DNA from: Verrucomicrobiales bacterium
GTDB taxonomy: Bacteria; Verrucomicrobiota; Verrucomicrobiia; Verrucomicrobiales; V1-33
DNA length: 36,905 bases
NCBI GenBank assembly: GCA_031411295.1
Contig: JANOAV010000200.1
Location: 1-36,905 of the forward strand
Direction: 5' to 3'
In this document: in pieces, positions 34,997-36,905 of the stretch
Layout of the letters: each line of letters starts with the position of its first letter
Numbering within the stretch: the stretch's first letter is position 1
Notes under the pieces: model-generated
Seen by the model: only the letters and a program-made list of their open reading frames with translations
Database searches by the model: none
Told to the model about the DNA's origin: nothing
Position numbers and translations under genes: made by a program

Positions 34997-35773
34997 CTAG
35001 AACCGATACGCCGCACCGATCCGCAGCATGAAATCCGGGGTATTGTCTGTTAGACCAAAGCCAGCGCCTAATTTGAAGACGTATTGGCAAGTTGGCTCAT
35101 AGTAAACGGCCGCGCTAATCTCCTGCCAGCCGGCGGCATCGAAATCCCCCATGGCTTCCACGCCCACGGAGACCCCGGAGCCCAGCGCCTGGCGCACTCC
35201 CAAGGCATACCCCCATTTCGCAGAGTCCCCCTCTGGCAGGATGCTGATCAGATTTCCCCCCAGCGTTGTCGCGTCTGTGAGTTTGGTTTCCACGGCTAGC
35301 TTCAACGACAGCAAGTCGGAGTCATGATTATGAATCCCACTGAATTCGTGATGATGCTCTTCTTCTTCCGCCTCACCTTCCTCCTCGTGCTCTTCTGCAA
35401 CGCCCTGAGCAAATTGATACCCCACACTCAAAGCCGCGCGAAACGGCAACTTGGCAGAATCCGGTGTCAGCAACACGTGCACCTTGGGCGTCACGTTGGC
35501 GTATTCCCAACCGTCCCCTTCATCCCGAAAACTCGTTTCCACGCCCAGGGCCAAATGTGGCATTACCCCCAAGAGCACTCCGGGCTCCACGCCATATTCA
35601 TTGGCTGATCCCGTGCGTTCCCATTCGAAATTTAACAACGCCTGCACACTGCCAGGAGCCGGTAAGTGAGTATCCTCCACCAGCAAGAAATCACGCCCGT
35701 GATGGGCCACGGCAGGCAGAGAGAAGAGCACCCAGCAAGCGCTGGCAGAAAGTAGGAGGGTAAGTAATCGCAT
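34997..35773 (-). CDS. Outer-membrane beta-barrel-like protein with His/Glu-rich loop
   Basis: Signal peptide ending AVA|HHG, amphipathic strands, loop EEHEEEGEAEEEEHHHEFSGIHNH, C-terminal LRIGAAYRF. Confidence 0.75.
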   Translation of the reverse strand: MRLLTLLLSASACWVLFSLPAVAHHGRDFLLVEDTHLPAPGSVQALLNFEWERTGSANEYGVEPGVLLGVMPHLALGVETSFRDEGDGWEYANVTPKVHVLLTPDSAKLPFRAALSVGYQFAQGVAEEHEEEGEAEEEEHHHEFSGIHNHDSDLLSLKLAVETKLTDATTLGGNLISILPEGDSAKWGYALGVRQALGSGVSVGVEAMGDFDAAGWQEISAAVYYEPTCQYVFKLGAGFGLTDNTPDFMLRIGAAYRF

Positions 35774-35872
35774 TTAATTGGATGATTTGAAACAAGGACC
35801 GCTGATCAAAGCACAACCACCCCCGAACGCAACTCCCCGGATGCGTTTCGCACCATCCAATCCGCCCACCGG

Positions 35873-36325
35873 CTACGCCTCAGCCTTCGTCTTGCTCACA
35901 AGCCGCACCTCGCGAATCACCATTTGCTTATCCACCGCCTTGCACATGTCGTAGATCGTTAACCCAGCCACACTGACCGCCGTCAGGGCCTCCATTTCCA
36001 CGCCCGTCTGTGCGGTTGTTTTACTCACCGCCGTAATCTTCACGCCTCCATCCTCAATCGCAAAATCCACCGCCACCTTGCTCAAGGGGATCTGATGGCA
36101 CAACGGAATGAGCTGCGCGGTCAGCTTGGCCGCTTGAATCCCCGCCAGCCTTGCCACCGCCAGCACCTCTCCCTTCGGCATTTGCCCGGCGGATATCTTC
36201 GCCAGCGTTTCCGGCTGCAACGCAATGAACCCTTCCGCCATCGCCTCCCGGGCTACGGCTGGCTTGGCAGAAACGTCCACCATCTGTGCAGATCCATCTT
36301 TGGCTATATGCGATAATTCTTTCAT
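35873..36325 (-). CDS. moaC: Cyclic pyranopterin monophosphate synthase
   Basis: [53 protein letters not shown]. Confidence 0.97.
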   Translation of the reverse strand: MKELSHIAKDGSAQMVDVSAKPAVAREAMAEGFIALQPETLAKISAGQMPKGEVLAVARLAGIQAAKLTAQLIPLCHQIPLSKVAVDFAIEDGGVKITAVSKTTAQTGVEMEALTAVSVAGLTIYDMCKAVDKQMVIREVRLVSKTKAEA

Positions 36326-36622
36326 GTGCGGCAAAGACCAAGACTCAAGCCCGGATCGCGCAAAATAGCAAGCAGACCGCGCCAGACCCGCTCAGTTTTG
36401 GGCTCTATGGCTTAGCGGTGGCGCGGGTCGTAGCCCGAGCCCAGAGAGATCCAGCATAAGTAAATTCGCAGCAAGCTTTCCCATCCCCCCAGCGAATCGG
36501 ATACATTCTGCGCTTGGGGCATCCCGAGGATAGCTGATCAACGCGCCAGCTTGCAGGCCGGGCTCGTAGCTGGGGATCGTCTGGATCTGCTCCTATTTTA
36601 CATTCCGTAGTGCCAGGAACAT

Positions 36623-36905
36623 TCACCCCCGTAGATCCCGCAGCGTCCGCAATCCCCCGAACATCCTCCCCAGCCCACCACGCAATTTGCGCGCCCCATC
36701 CTTCCGACTCTTCCCGAACGCCCCCCGATTCCCCGCAAACACCCGTTCCACAAACTCCGTCCTTCCAAACGCCACCCCTTGCGAGAAATACCGCACCTTG
36801 TGCTTCATGACATCGATCAACCCCAGCCTGCCTCCAGCCGCCTGCACCTGCTTCACCTTCGCCACCGACACCCCGAATTTCCCCTTCGCATCCCTCAAAG
36901 GAGTC
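36623..36905 (-). mobile_element. C-terminal fragment of a putative Y1 (IS200/RAYT-like) tyrosine transposase; 5' part lies outside the window
   Basis: KVRYFSQGVAFG..EFVERVF...FG..RKDGARKLRG...LRTLRDL resembles the C-terminus of PVC-group Y1 transposases (from memory). Frame is open to the window edge; HUH/Tyr motifs are not visible. Confidence 0.6.

Noticed and set aside
36405..36626. 73-aa ORF downstream of the transposase fragment
   Set aside because: No recognisable protein features in the minus-strand frames I translated; the region looks non-coding.
1..36905. tRNA, rRNA or riboswitch genes
   Set aside because: No T-loop/cloverleaf or rRNA signature spotted by eye in the intergenic regions; a covariance-model search would be needed to exclude them fully.

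Overview
GC-rich bacterial chromosomal window; the gene families (several Tat-exported Gfo/Idh/MocA oxidoreductases, a planctomycete-type cytochrome c, 'DPxAAxxW' helical-repeat proteins) point to Verrucomicrobiota or another PVC lineage (inference). The backbone is housekeeping/metabolic: dgt, recD2, ruvX, rpoN, trmD, site-2 protease, glucosyl-3-phosphoglycerate synthase-like protein, SDR, MOSC, hisH, DoxX-oxidoreductase-lipoprotein operon, GHL10-type hydrolase, moaC. The most unusual part is a ~3.7 kb minus-strand conflict island (8700-12370). It holds a shell-less 'mini-RHS' toxin with its immunity gene, a vapBC pair, and a signal-peptide/ParB-like toxin apparently fused in frame to half an immunity protein. 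Each toxin module is followed by a copy of a 94-bp repeat with integron attC-like L-box geometry but a non-canonical GGTCTGG/CCAGACC core. Intergenic regions carry at least six different REP-like palindromic elements, a putative RAYT/Y1 transposase is cut by the right edge, and a sigma-54 box lies directly upstream of rpoN. No tRNA, rRNA or CRISPR array was recognised. All family assignments come from visual motif recognition; no searches were run.
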